DNA of 63,942 bases, filler included, from Octopus bimaculoides (lineage: Eukaryota), in the NCBI RefSeq assembly GCF_001194135.2. It is 8 parts of 8 records of this genome, joined end to end, with 100 filler letters (N's around TTAATTAATTAA, not from the genome) between each part and the next. Parts side by side here need not be neighbours in the genome. Positions count along the whole stretch, not along the records: positions 41,704 to 53,698 come from NC_068998.1; positions 53,799 to 58,674 come from NC_068989.1; positions 58,775 to 60,536 come from NC_069003.1; positions 60,637 to 62,457 come from NC_069001.1; positions 62,558 to 63,942 come from NW_026329586.1; 3 more parts are not named here. One strand, given 5' to 3'. Position 1 is the stretch's first letter. Each line of letters opens with the position of its first letter. A program made the translations under genes and the position numbers. Shown piece by piece: positions 52,687 through 63,942 of this stretch. The notes under the pieces were generated by a model. That model made no database searches, had not been told where the DNA came from, and saw only the letters and a list, made by a program, of their open reading frames with translations.

Positions 52687-53697
52687 TATTGGGTTGTCAA
52701 TAAAGTTCTTGCAGAGTTTTAAATTTTGGTTTTAAATTATGTATTTTCAAATTAATTTTTATTAAATTACTTTGACTTTATATATCATTTTAAAGCTTGT
52801 TTTTCGCTCTATCTAATCATATTACTCTTTTTCTTTTTGAATAATTAGGCCATTTTTTCCGGAACGTTGAATACAACATGGACAAAAAACAAATTTGTAT
52901 AATTTTCTTATTCCAGTTCAAGCTAGGCCGAAAACCTGCTAAACAGCTCGCGATATCGACGATGCATTTGGTCCAAGAACCGCTAATGAATGTACAGCAC
53001 AATGGTGGTTCAAGAAATTTCGTAGTGGTGACAAGAGTCTTGAAGATGATAAGCATAAGAGCCTTAGTTGAAGCCAATCCATGCGCAACTGTTTGAGAGC
53101 TTGCTTCTGCATTAGACATAACGTATACAACAATTTCCAACTTCTGAAAGACTTTGAAAAAACAAAGATACTTGAGAAATGGGTACCGCACCAATTGAAC
53201 GACAACCAGAAAAAACGCCATTTTGAAGTGTCATTTTCTCTTCTTTTACACAAGAACGACCCGTTTCTCGACTGGATTGTGACTTGTGATGAAAAGTGGA
53301 TTCTTTACAACAACCAGCAATGCTCAGCTCAGGGGTTGGATGCTGACGAAGCTCCACGGCACTTCCCAAAGCCAAAGTTGCACCAAAAGAAGGTCATTGT
53401 GACTCTTTGGTGGTCTGCGGCCGGACTCATCCATCACAACTTTTTGGATCCAGGCAAAACCACTACGGTGGAGAAGTACTGTCAGAAAATGGATGAAATG
53501 TATAAGAAACAACGACAACAACAGCCAGCATTGGACAACAGAAAAGGACCAATTCTTCTCCATGACAATGCTCGGCCACACGTCACACAACTGGCCCTGC
53601 AGAAGTTAAATGAATTGAGCTACGAAACTCTGCCTCATCCGCCATACTCACCAGACCTCTCACCTACCGACTATCACTTTTTCAAGCATCTCGATAA
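52687..53697 (+). mobile_element. Mariner (Hsmar1/SETMAR-like) DNA transposon, frameshifted, 3' end lost in a gap
   Basis: TA + TIR-like ttgggttgtcaataaagttcttgcag. Transposase motifs [50 protein letters not shown]. Confidence 0.95.
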
Positions 53698-53994
53698 CNN
53701 NNNNNNNNNNNNNNNNNNNNNNNNNNNNNNNNNNNNNNNNNNTTAATTAATTAANNNNNNNNNNNNNNNNNNNNNNNNNNNNNNNNNNNNNNNNNNNNGA
53801 TGATGATGATGATGATTATATATATATGAAGAGATAGATATGAAGATATATATATATATATGTGTGTGTGTGTGAAGATATATATGTGTATATATATTTA
53901 TGTATATGTATATGAACACATATATAGATCTATCTATCTATATGTATATATATATATATATATATATTCAGCTCATTAGTTGTGGCCATGCTGT

Positions 53995-55450
53995 GGCACT
54001 GCCATTTAGTGTTGTTACATAATTTTGCTTCACTAATTCTTTTTAGAAATTGACGTTTTGTGCATGAGGGAGTTTAATGCTGCTGTCCTTATCTGCACTT
54101 CCTGCTGTGAAGTTGGTTCAACTGGGACACTTGACAGTAAGAGGCTTATTTTCATTTTGAAGACACATACATCCACCCCATGTAAGTTTGTCAGGTTCTT
54201 TCGGAAGATATTGAAGAACTGTGGACCTTTTAAGCACAGGCTGTTGCAATATCTTGTCCTATGTCTTGATGGCAAATTTGGAATCTATGCAGTTCTAGGA
54301 GCATTAGTATTACTCTCAATGCCAAAGTTTGGGACAAGTCCCTCTCGGATCTTCCAGATGTATATTATGGCATATCTTTCCTGCCTACACTTTAGGGCAT
54401 AGAATTTCAATCTCTTGAGTTTTTCCCAGTAGCTTATATGTTGTATATAGGCTATCTTCTTCGTGTAACTTCGTTGGATTGCCTGAAGTTCTGCAATTAA
54501 TTTTTCACTGGTTGGTGACCATAGCTGGGAGCAATAGTCAAAGCGGTTTAAGACAAGTATCCTTCAGAGGACCATCATGGTTTCCTGATCTCTCGTTATA
54601 AAAGTTCTAAGACTCCATCTGGTCTGCCGCCTGCATTTCATTGCCAACTTAGCAACATGCACATGGAAGGATGCATCATTACTCATGTAAATGCCCAGGT
54701 CTCACACTGACTGTGTCTCTAGGATTGCAATCCCTCCAGGTCCAGTGTATTCAATTGGTATTGCATTTAGTTTTGCATGCTGATAGCACAGAGCTTGAAA
54801 CTTTTCAGCTTTAAACTGCATGCTATCTTTTTTTAGCCCACTTGTATATTTCATCCAACTTGCGTTGCATGTGCATAGCATCTTTAGGGTTCTGTATCAC
54901 CTGTGAGAATTTTATATTATCTGCATCACTTGTGATCGTGGCTCTTTGTGTGGCTGAGGGCATATCTGAGAGAGCCATTATGAACAGTAGTGGTCCCAAA
55001 ACAGAGCCTTGTGGAACACCACTCACTATTCACATGTCACTGGAGGATGCCCCATTGGCTACTACCACCTGACTTCTATCCTTCAGAAAGTCATGCAGCC
55101 ACTCCTAGTTTCCTGACTATGCCGAGATCACGCAGCTTGTGACATACCATTCTATGATTGACTTTATCGAAGACCTTTGCAAAGTCGAGATATATCACAT
55201 CCACATTTGAGTGGTTGAGCAGCTGTTTCAGCACTCAATCATAATGTATTGTAAGAGCTGAGTCAGGCAAATTCTTCCTAGTAGGAAACCATATTGGGTA
55301 TCAGTCAGCAAATCATTTTCCTCAAGGAAGGTGATTAATTTTCTTCTGACTATTCTTTCCACGACTTTGCTGATGTGCGAGGTCAGAGAGACAGGTCTGT
55401 AATTTTTGGCCTCTGCTATGTCCTTTATGAATAAGGTATATTTTACCCTC
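53995..55450 (-). mobile_element. 5'-truncated CR1-clade LINE, decayed
   Basis: NYRPVSLTSHISKVVERIV...QYGF; SGVPQGSVLGPLLF; C-terminal LKGPQFFN...FKMK. Confidence 0.88.
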
Positions 55451-55904
55451 CTTCGGCTTGCTTGGAAGTTTACCGGTTGCAAGGAAGCTCTGAAAGAGTG
55501 AGTGCCGTGGTCTTGCTAGGACTCACTTGCATGCTTTTAGAAGGATTGCTGGGAATCATCAGGACCAGTAGCTGGAATATAAATATATATAGGACTATAA
55601 ATATATGTCTACATATGCATTCATATCTATGTATTAAAATATAAATCTGTATACACATATATGTATACACAGATGTGTGTTTATGTGCGCACATGCACAC
55701 ACACACACCCAAAGCATAATAGTTTTCTGATTAACATAACATTTCCTTTAAAATTGTGGTAAACATAGTTTAAAATTAATTTCGTGCAAGAATTATGTAA
55801 TTATATATTTAGTGTTGTGTATCTTAATGAAACAGCTGTTGAACTGTATGTGAAATTTAGGTTTTTCTACTTTTATTGCTTAATAAGTTGCTCTTAAAGA
55901 TCAA

Positions 55905-56258
55905 TTTAGCCAATTTTATTTATACTTAGATGTTGCCATTTTGAGCGTGGCCGTTGCCAGTACCGCCTGACTGGCTCCCGTAGGATTTTCGAGTGAGATC
56001 GTTGCCAGTGCCCCTGGACTGGCTTCTGCGGGTGGCACATAAAAGACACCATTTCGAGCATGGCCGTTTTCGTGCGGGTGACACGTAAAAGCACCCACTA
56101 CACTCTCTGAGTGGTTGGCATTAGGAAGGGCATCCAGCTGTAGAAACTCTGCCAAATTAGATTGGAGCCTGGTGTTGCCATCCGGTTTCACCAGTCCTCA
56201 GTCAAATCGTCCAACCCATGCTAGCATGGAAAGCGGACGTTAAACGATGATGATGATG
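55905..56258 (+). mobile_element. RTE 3'-tail fragment; similar tails near 23690-23910 (+), 24505-24790 (-), 56360-56460 (-), 63355-63580 (-)
   Basis: ggttggcattaggaagggcatccagc...ccaacccatgctagcatgga...gacgttaaacgatgatgatg matches the 3' end of the RTE at 6461. Confidence 0.8.
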
Positions 56259-57264
56259 TTGGAGCTACATGTACTGACTGCCTTATTATAATGTGTTAGT
56301 GTTTAATGATCTGTTATTAATTAAACTTTTAATTACTGGGAATTCTTTGAATTCATCACCATCATCATTTAATGTCCATTGTCCATGCTGACAAAGGTTG
56401 GATGGTTTGACCAGGGCGGGCAAGCTGGAAGGCTGCACCTGACTCCGGTCTACACACACACACACTTATTTATATGTTTGTATGAGGTGGCTTTGTTTCA
56501 GTTCCCATCTGTCAGATCCACTCTCAAGGCTTTAGTAACCTGGAAGCTACAGTGGGAGACACCTACCCATGGTTAATGCACAGTGGGACTGAACCCAAAA
56601 GCATGTGGCCGAGAAGACTGTATAAAGTATACAAAGTTGTATGAAACAATGTCAGCCTCACCATGTGTGAGTGTATATATACATATATGTGTGTGTGTGT
56701 GTGTGCGTGAATATATATGTATAAAAATGTATGTTTGAGTATATAAAAATATGTATATGTATTTATATATATATTGTACATATATATATATGCACACACA
56801 GTCATATAAAATCATAAACACACACACATATCTATATCTAAAATCATATCCTCAAATGTCATGTCAACTTTGGAAAAGTCTTGATTCTGGAGATAATCTC
56901 CCTTTCTCATATGGAGTCTGTCTTAGTTGCTATTTGGTGATTGTAGCAGGTCCTCCAGAGCTGCAGGTAATTAAAATAAATTCAGAATTTATATTGCATG
57001 CTATTGGATAAACATGCATTTGTCTATATACCAACTGGCTACTCGTGTGATATTTCTTTTAGCTCACTTTTGTTTAATTATGTTAATTACTTGGACTATA
57101 AATTGGTTCGATGTATTTTTGTATTTGCATAAGTCCCTTGGCTAGGAGATAAGTGGGAGATGATTTTAATAAATCAAGAATCTATGTCCTTTGATATTTG
57201 ATATACCTGTTTTGTCTATCTTATACAAAGATAAACTGTTATATATAAATACACATGCACATTC

Positions 57265-57312
<48 letters not shown>

Positions 57313-57985
57313 ATACATACATACATTCACACACATAGCTATAAAGATTTTTGTGTATATATGTGCTTATCAATTTTATGTGTATGTGTGTGTGTTCATT
57401 TATGTTTATGATTGTATATAAATGCATCCATATATATGTAAATGTTTATATACACACATATAAACATTTTACATACACACACACACAAATACCACATATG
57501 CATGCTAATTATAAGAATAAACTTGAGTAGAATAATTCAGTTTTGGAACAGTGAAACTTGAAGCATATAGAGCTATAAATAATAAAATGTATATATGGGG
57601 TTAAAAAGCACTTTGGACTGAAGTTGAAGGCTTCCTGTAGGATTTGAACCCACATCTTCTATAAATATGGCACACATTCTGTCACTGGACCAAAGCATCC
57701 CATTTGACTTTCTTATTCTTACCAGTGAAAACTGTGTTGTGGATGTCATAAGAGTTTATGAAGTTTGAGAGAATGTAAAATAGTTGCTGATTTGGAATGG
57801 TGAAACTTGAAGCAGATAGACCTTATAAATGATAGGTGTGTAAATATTAAGTTGAAAACCCTTTGGGTAAAAAAAAAATCAAAGGGGCTGCCAATGGGAT
57901 TTGAACTCACCATTTGTATAATGTTTACAATGAAGTTAAATGTAGAGTATAAGATATTGAAATTTATAGTCATTTNNNNNNNNNN

Positions 57986-58038
<53 letters not shown>

Positions 58039-58251
58039 GTTCATAAATATGAGTGTTATTTGTTAATTTCATAACTTGCGTACTTACAAAAATGGACATT
58101 TGTAGACTGGCACACAAGCTGAATAATCAATCGATATGTGTGTGTGACGCTAAAGAAAATACAACTAGAAATTGGAATATAACAATAACATTTCAACAAC
58201 CAGCTATTCTGGTGCAAAAACACACATGCATATATATACATATATATATAG

Positions 58252-58650
58252 GAGTGGCTGTGTGGTAAGGAGCTTGCTTACCAACCACATGGTTCTGGGT
58301 TCAGTCCCACTGTGTGAAACATTGGGCGGTGTCTTCTACTATAGCCTCGGGCTGACCAAAGCCTTGTGAGTGGATTTGGTAGGCGGAAACTGAAAGAAGC
58401 CCGTCGCATATATGTATATATATATATATATGTATGTGTGTGTATATGTTTGTGTGTCTGTGTTTGTCCCCCCTGCATCGCTTGACAACCGATGCTCGTG
58501 TGTTTACATCCCCATAACTTTGCGGTTCGGCAAAAGAGACCGATAGAGTAAGTACTAGGCTTACAAAGAATAAGTCCCGGGGTCGATTTGCTCAACTAAA
58601 GGCGGTGCTCCAGCATGGCCGCAGTCAATTGACTGAAACAAGTAAAAGAG
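58252..58650 (+). mobile_element. tRNA-derived SINE, family 2
   Basis: Homologous to 35817-36207. Confidence 0.85.
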
Positions 58651-58883
58651 AGAATATATATATATACATATATANNNNNNNNNNNNNNNNNNNNNNNNNN
58701 NNNNNNNNNNNNNNNNNNTTAATTAATTAANNNNNNNNNNNNNNNNNNNNNNNNNNNNNNNNNNNNNNNNNNNNCTTTCAATATAGTAACAATAAGAGCA
58801 TCACAACAAACCACAGCACTTTCCAAGGCACAGAGAGCTGCGCTCGGCAGTGCAGTAAAAGCACGTGATAAAGATAAGACTAT

Positions 58884-58964
<81 letters not shown>

Positions 58965-60060
58965 CATTGGCATAAGGTCAGAAATTTTGTTGGAAGAATT
59001 AATCGATTAATGCCACCAAGTGTTTGGCGCGTACTTGATTTTATCGACTTCGAAAGGATGGAAGGACGAAGTAAAAAATGCTCTGCTCACGTCTCTTCGT
59101 TCGAGATGTGGACTCGGAACATAAAAGGATGGACAAGTGCTACAAAGCATTGTGTCCAGTCCACCATGACTACCACCTAACACTTTAACACTATCCCCAC
59201 AACCACCACCACCGCCACAACCATCATCGTCATCATCATCATCATCATCATCATTATCATCATCATCTTCATCAGCATCATCATCATCACATCATCAGCA
59301 TCATTATCGCTTATACATGATAGAAAATGGATCATTGTCGACTTTGGACCTAAAGAATAATTACATCATCATCATCATCATCATCAACAACAACTACAAC
59401 TACAACAATTACAACGGCAGCAGCAGCAGCAGCAGCAGCGACGGCAACGTTGATGGCGATGATAAAGATTTCTCGCGCGGATTAATTCCAAGTGGCGTTC
59501 CTCAAAGTGGACGAATCTATTAGATTAGCGTAGCGTACTTTAAACGAGATTTCTAAAAGGTTGTCAGATATGCAAATGAGATTTATTCTATTTAAGCTAT
59601 TAAATGCGCACAAATTAAACGATGAAATCTCTTTTTTACATCTATTAGTTTTTTCGTCCTACTTTTATTTACTCATCTGTGCGCATGTGCGTAAAGGCAT
59701 ATGTGTGTGTGTGTGTGTGTATATATTATATCATATTATATCGTATTATATTATATTGTGTTATATCTCTTCTCTTTGCCAAAGCATTGCTTCTACATCA
59801 TTAATTGCTTCAGATCCGTCTTTGATATCCTTTCAGTTCTTTTTGGTTTTGTATTTTTTTCTAAATTTTGATTTTATTTTTTGTATGTGTGTGCGTGTAT
59901 ATTTGTTCGTATGTATGTATGTATGTATGTATGTATGTATGTATGCATGTATGTATTTATATGGTGTATGCGTATATGTTAGAGAGAGAGACAAAAGGGG
60001 AGAGAGAGAAGGGAGAGAGAGAGAGAGAGAAGAGAGAGAGAGAAGGGGAGAGAGAGAAGG

Positions 60061-60092
<32 letters not shown>

Positions 60093-60492
60093 GGAGGACC
60101 AAAGAGAGGCAGAAAAAGAGAGACAGAGAGAGAATGACAGAGGAGTAGAGAGGGAATGAGAAAGAGAAAGAGGAAACGAGGGGGAGAACGAGTGAGAGAG
60201 AGAGAGAGAGAGAGAAAGAGGATGAAAGAGAGGCAGAAAAGAGAGAGAAAAGGAGAACGAGAATGAGAGAGGGAAAAACGAGGGACAGAGAGAACGAGAA
60301 TGACAGAGGAGGAGAGAAGGAATGAAAGAGAGAAAGAGAAAGAACAAACGAGAGGAGAACGAGTGAGAGAGAGAGAGAGAGAAGGAGAACGAGAGAGAAG
60401 GAGAGAGAGAAAACGAAAATGGGAGAGGGAGGACAATAGAAAGAATTAGAGAGGGGACATGACAGAAAACGAGAGAGAGTAGGCAAGGGAAT

Positions 60493-60536
<44 letters not shown>

Positions 60537-60636
60537 NNNNNNNNNNNNNNNNNNNNNNNNNNNNNNNNNNNNNNNNNNNNTTAATTAATTAANNNNNNNN
60601 NNNNNNNNNNNNNNNNNNNNNNNNNNNNNNNNNNNN

Positions 60637-60668
<32 letters not shown>

Positions 60669-61761
60669 ATAGAATTCACAAAAGAAAAAAACAAAAGACG
60701 AAGACAAGTGGTGTAGACAACAAACAGATGTATTAGTTTAACGCTCGGGAAGTGAAAAAGTCTTTGGGTTTCGAGCCTAGGCTCTTCCACAGAAAGGAAC
60801 ACAGGGAGAAACAAGGAGAGAAAATTAAGAATGTGTAGCGCCTGCGATCTATACACACATACATCCATACATGTACACACAAACACACACACACACATAT
60901 ATGTATAAGATAGGTTTATATGCTAAATTATCACATGCATAAGTAATCTGATTGGTACAAAATGCATTTATATATGAAATGGCAAACGTAAGAGAAGCAC
61001 AAAAATATTTCTTTAAAAGCAGACGTCTATACACTCCCAAACATTTACAGATACACGTAACCAAACAAGAAAACATGTTCACAAATATACTGGCATCATT
61101 ATATCACATTTCTTAACACGCACATCCGTTTACTCTAAGACGTAGTCATTGACTTCTTCCATTACTTATTCAAAGAAATTGTTATATTTTTATACTGGTC
61201 CGTAGATGCGCGTGTGACGTAAATCATACTGTGTCTGTAGGATAGTAAATACGTGGATATGTATTTTTTTTTTAATGTTACAATCTTACTTTACACTATT
61301 AATAATTGCATTCGTCTTCTGTAGGTGCGTGAAGATGAGATTCAAGAAAATATAACAAACACTTGAAACAGATGCCACGACCGTTTAAGGATTCCCTAAT
61401 TAGCTCGCTAAAGATGTGGTCAAATTAAAAGGTGTCAGCTTCAAACTCTACCTTATCTGTATTAAAAGTACAACAGGAGCTCGGTCAATCATCTTGCGCG
61501 TCTTATGTAATAATTTAACAGTTCAAAAATGATGTAGGCTCCAGTACCACAACTTGATTTTTTGATGTTTTGATAAAAACAAGATAACGTCCACGTTATT
61601 AATTTACTTTCTGAAAAAGTAGCAACCAAATTTGATTCACATCTTGAAAGAATGAGCTAGTAATAAATATGTTTAGAAATAAAGGGTGGGCACAGATAGA
61701 ATTTCATAGCACTGGTAGTGTCAATATTGAATTATTTTCAATATTAAATACATAGAAAAAA

Positions 61762-61980
61762 GGCCGCGAGCTGAGAGGAACGTTAGCACACCGGGCGAAA
61801 TGCTTAGCGATATTTCGTCTGTCTTTACGTTCTGAGTTTAAATTCCGCTGAGGTTGAATTTGCCTTTCATCCTTTCGGGGTCGATAAATGAAGTACCATT
61901 CGTGTACTGGGGTGTATCTAATCCACTGGCCCTCTCCCCCCAAAATTTCGGGCCTTGTGCTTCGAGTAGAAAAGAATATT
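61762..61980 (+). mobile_element. tRNA-derived SINE, family 3 (many decayed copies: about 20480-21290, 27300-27660, 28060-28210, 39270-39720, 46705-46900, 59030-59140, 61995-62170)
   Basis: Recurrent ttctgagttcaaattcc...gactttgcctttcatcctttcggggtcgataa motif. Confidence 0.8.
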
Positions 61981-63942
61981 AAATACAAAAAAGGCGATGA
62001 GAGGATAGAATCGTTAGCATGCCGGATGAAATGCTTAGCAGCATTTTGTCCGTCTTCACGTACAGAGTTCACATCCCACCGAGGCAGACTTTGTCTTTCA
62101 TCCTATCGAAATCGATATAATTTGTACGATTTGAGTACTGGTGCCGATGTGATCGACTTACCCCATGCATCAAAACTGCATATATACGTACATATATATA
62201 TATATATATTTCTCCGTCATTATACAGACGTATATATGTGTGTGTGTGTATGTATGTGTATATACGCCAATGCATACACACTTCACAAATCGTATGAGAA
62301 AGAAAGAATGACAGAAAGAAAGAGAGAAATCGCAGATAGGAATGTACATTCATACTCACATAACACTTTTTCCGACTTACTCTCTCTCTCCATTTCTCTT
62401 ATACACCCATTCAGTTAGATTTGTATGAAAATATATATATATATATATATATATATANNNNNNNNNNNNNNNNNNNNNNNNNNNNNNNNNNNNNNNNNNN
62501 NTTAATTAATTAANNNNNNNNNNNNNNNNNNNNNNNNNNNNNNNNNNNNNNNNNNNNACAATGAACTAAGAAAAGAACATCTACACTAGAAACAAGGAAA
62601 TGTCCTTCGAACCATATCCTATCACATTTCAAAAAGGATGTGTTGGATAATTTTAGTTCTAAATATATTTAGTAAAAAAATACTAAACAGAACACTAGAA
62701 GCCAGTTTAATCAGGGCTGACCTGGAGATAGTCAAGTCACAGAAATGTGTACTAAAAAACAAGCTTATCTCACCACCACCTCTAAAGGCACAAGGCCTGA
62801 AATTGGAGGAAGGGAATAGTTCCCCAGTACTTGACTGACCCTCACAAAAGGATGAAAAGCAAAATTTATCACCAAAGAGTATTAGAAGACATTTTGGTGC
62901 CATTTGGGATCACCGATTCAATACAGATTTGTTTCACATAGGATGTTTTAATGTTTCCCTTATTCTCTCTCTCCCTCCCTCATTATTTGTCTATGCATAT
63001 TTCTGCATGCATGCATGTTTGCCTCCAGCACCAGATTAAATACTGTCAGCAAAACATGCTGAATGTCCAGTCAGTTGTGCCATATCATCTACGTCTAAAC
63101 AGCTGGCCCCATATAGTTTCATTAAAACCACAGAGGGAAGTGAACTCAGAACATAAACAGTAAACAGTCGGAAGAAATACTGCTAGGCATTTTTCCCAAT
63201 ACTCCAACAATTCTGCCACTTGTTACACCCATCTTTCATATGTGATAAACAACAAGTATCCTTCCTAACTAATTTCAACAATCTAGTGTAGTTAACCTCT
63301 AAAACTGTGACAAACATTATCTCCCACTTCTAGCTTTTACACTCGTACCATTTATCATCATCATCATTGTCTGTTTTCTATGCTGGCATGGGTTAGATGG
63401 TTTGACAGGAGTTGTTCAGACCCCAGTTGTCTATTGTGGCATGGTTTCTTCGGCTGGATGCCCTTCCTAACGTCAACCACTTTACAGAGTGTATGGGTGC
63501 TTTATAGATGCCACCAGCACATGTGCGTTTACGCACCACTGACACGAGTGCATTTCATGTGGCACTGGCACCTGTAGAGGACAAATCTGCATGTATGAAT
63601 GACCACAATTTGTCTTACTTCAAATTTCATATGTCAAAGGAACCTCAAATCATAACTGCAACCAGTATATATCCTCTATTTTTCAGCCAAGCCCATTAAA
63701 CAAGAATAGCAACTTCTCTTTCACAAACAAGTTAATGTTTTCTATTGATAAGAGAAGGGGTAGGAATAACTAGATAAATAGATAAAATGAATAAATGAAT
63801 GCTAAATCAGATACCAGGTGTTTTTATAATCTATATTTCTTTAGTTCAATAATGTGAGAGTGTGGCTATGCATATCTTGGTTGACACTAGTCAATCCATC
63901 TTCATTATCAGAATTGGTTCCACAATGACACTTATACAAGCT

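Noticed and set aside
53081-53697. SETMAR host gene
   Set aside because: No SET domain; there is a TIR, an upstream frameshift and no exon structure, so it is a free mariner copy.
59561-60486. Long Ser/Leu or Arg/Glu-rich ORFs
   Set aside because: Translations of a GA-rich low-complexity tract.
60770-60795. Minus-strand CTGTGGAAGAGCCTAGGCTCGAAAC hammerhead-like motif
   Set aside because: The core deviates from CUGANGA and there is no stem III or cleavage triplet.
28867-62513. Seven identical TTAATTAATTAA palindromes
   Set aside because: Each is centred in a fixed N spacer and has stops in all six frames; an assembly linker, not biology.

Overview
AT-rich, microsatellite-dense animal genomic DNA. 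The repeat families look like those of an octopus or other coleoid cephalopod (inference). Seven 100-bp joins (about 44 N + TTAATTAATTAA + about 44 N) show that the window is several stitched contigs, so order and orientation across them are not guaranteed. The first contig (1-28822) holds seven consecutive 3' coding exons of a minus-strand PLEKHM2/SKIP-like gene. They have GT-AG boundaries and consistent phases and give 337 aa plus stop, including the PH domain. The 5' exons were not found. The introns contain five decayed Penelope-like element (PLE) fragments, a near full-length RTE LINE, SINEs and a foldback repeat. The best finding is a non-coding 357-nt tandem repeat at 25798-26912 in which each monomer carries a type I hammerhead ribozyme motif, i.e. 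a retrozyme-like element. It is arranged as two convergent inverted arrays inside a PLEKHM2 intron. Three more degenerate PLE-linked hammerhead motifs lie in the same gene. The right-hand contigs contain only transposon debris: hAT, Helitron, mariner, CR1, SINEs, MITEs, and an LTR element with four tandem tRNA-Trp primer-binding-site copies.
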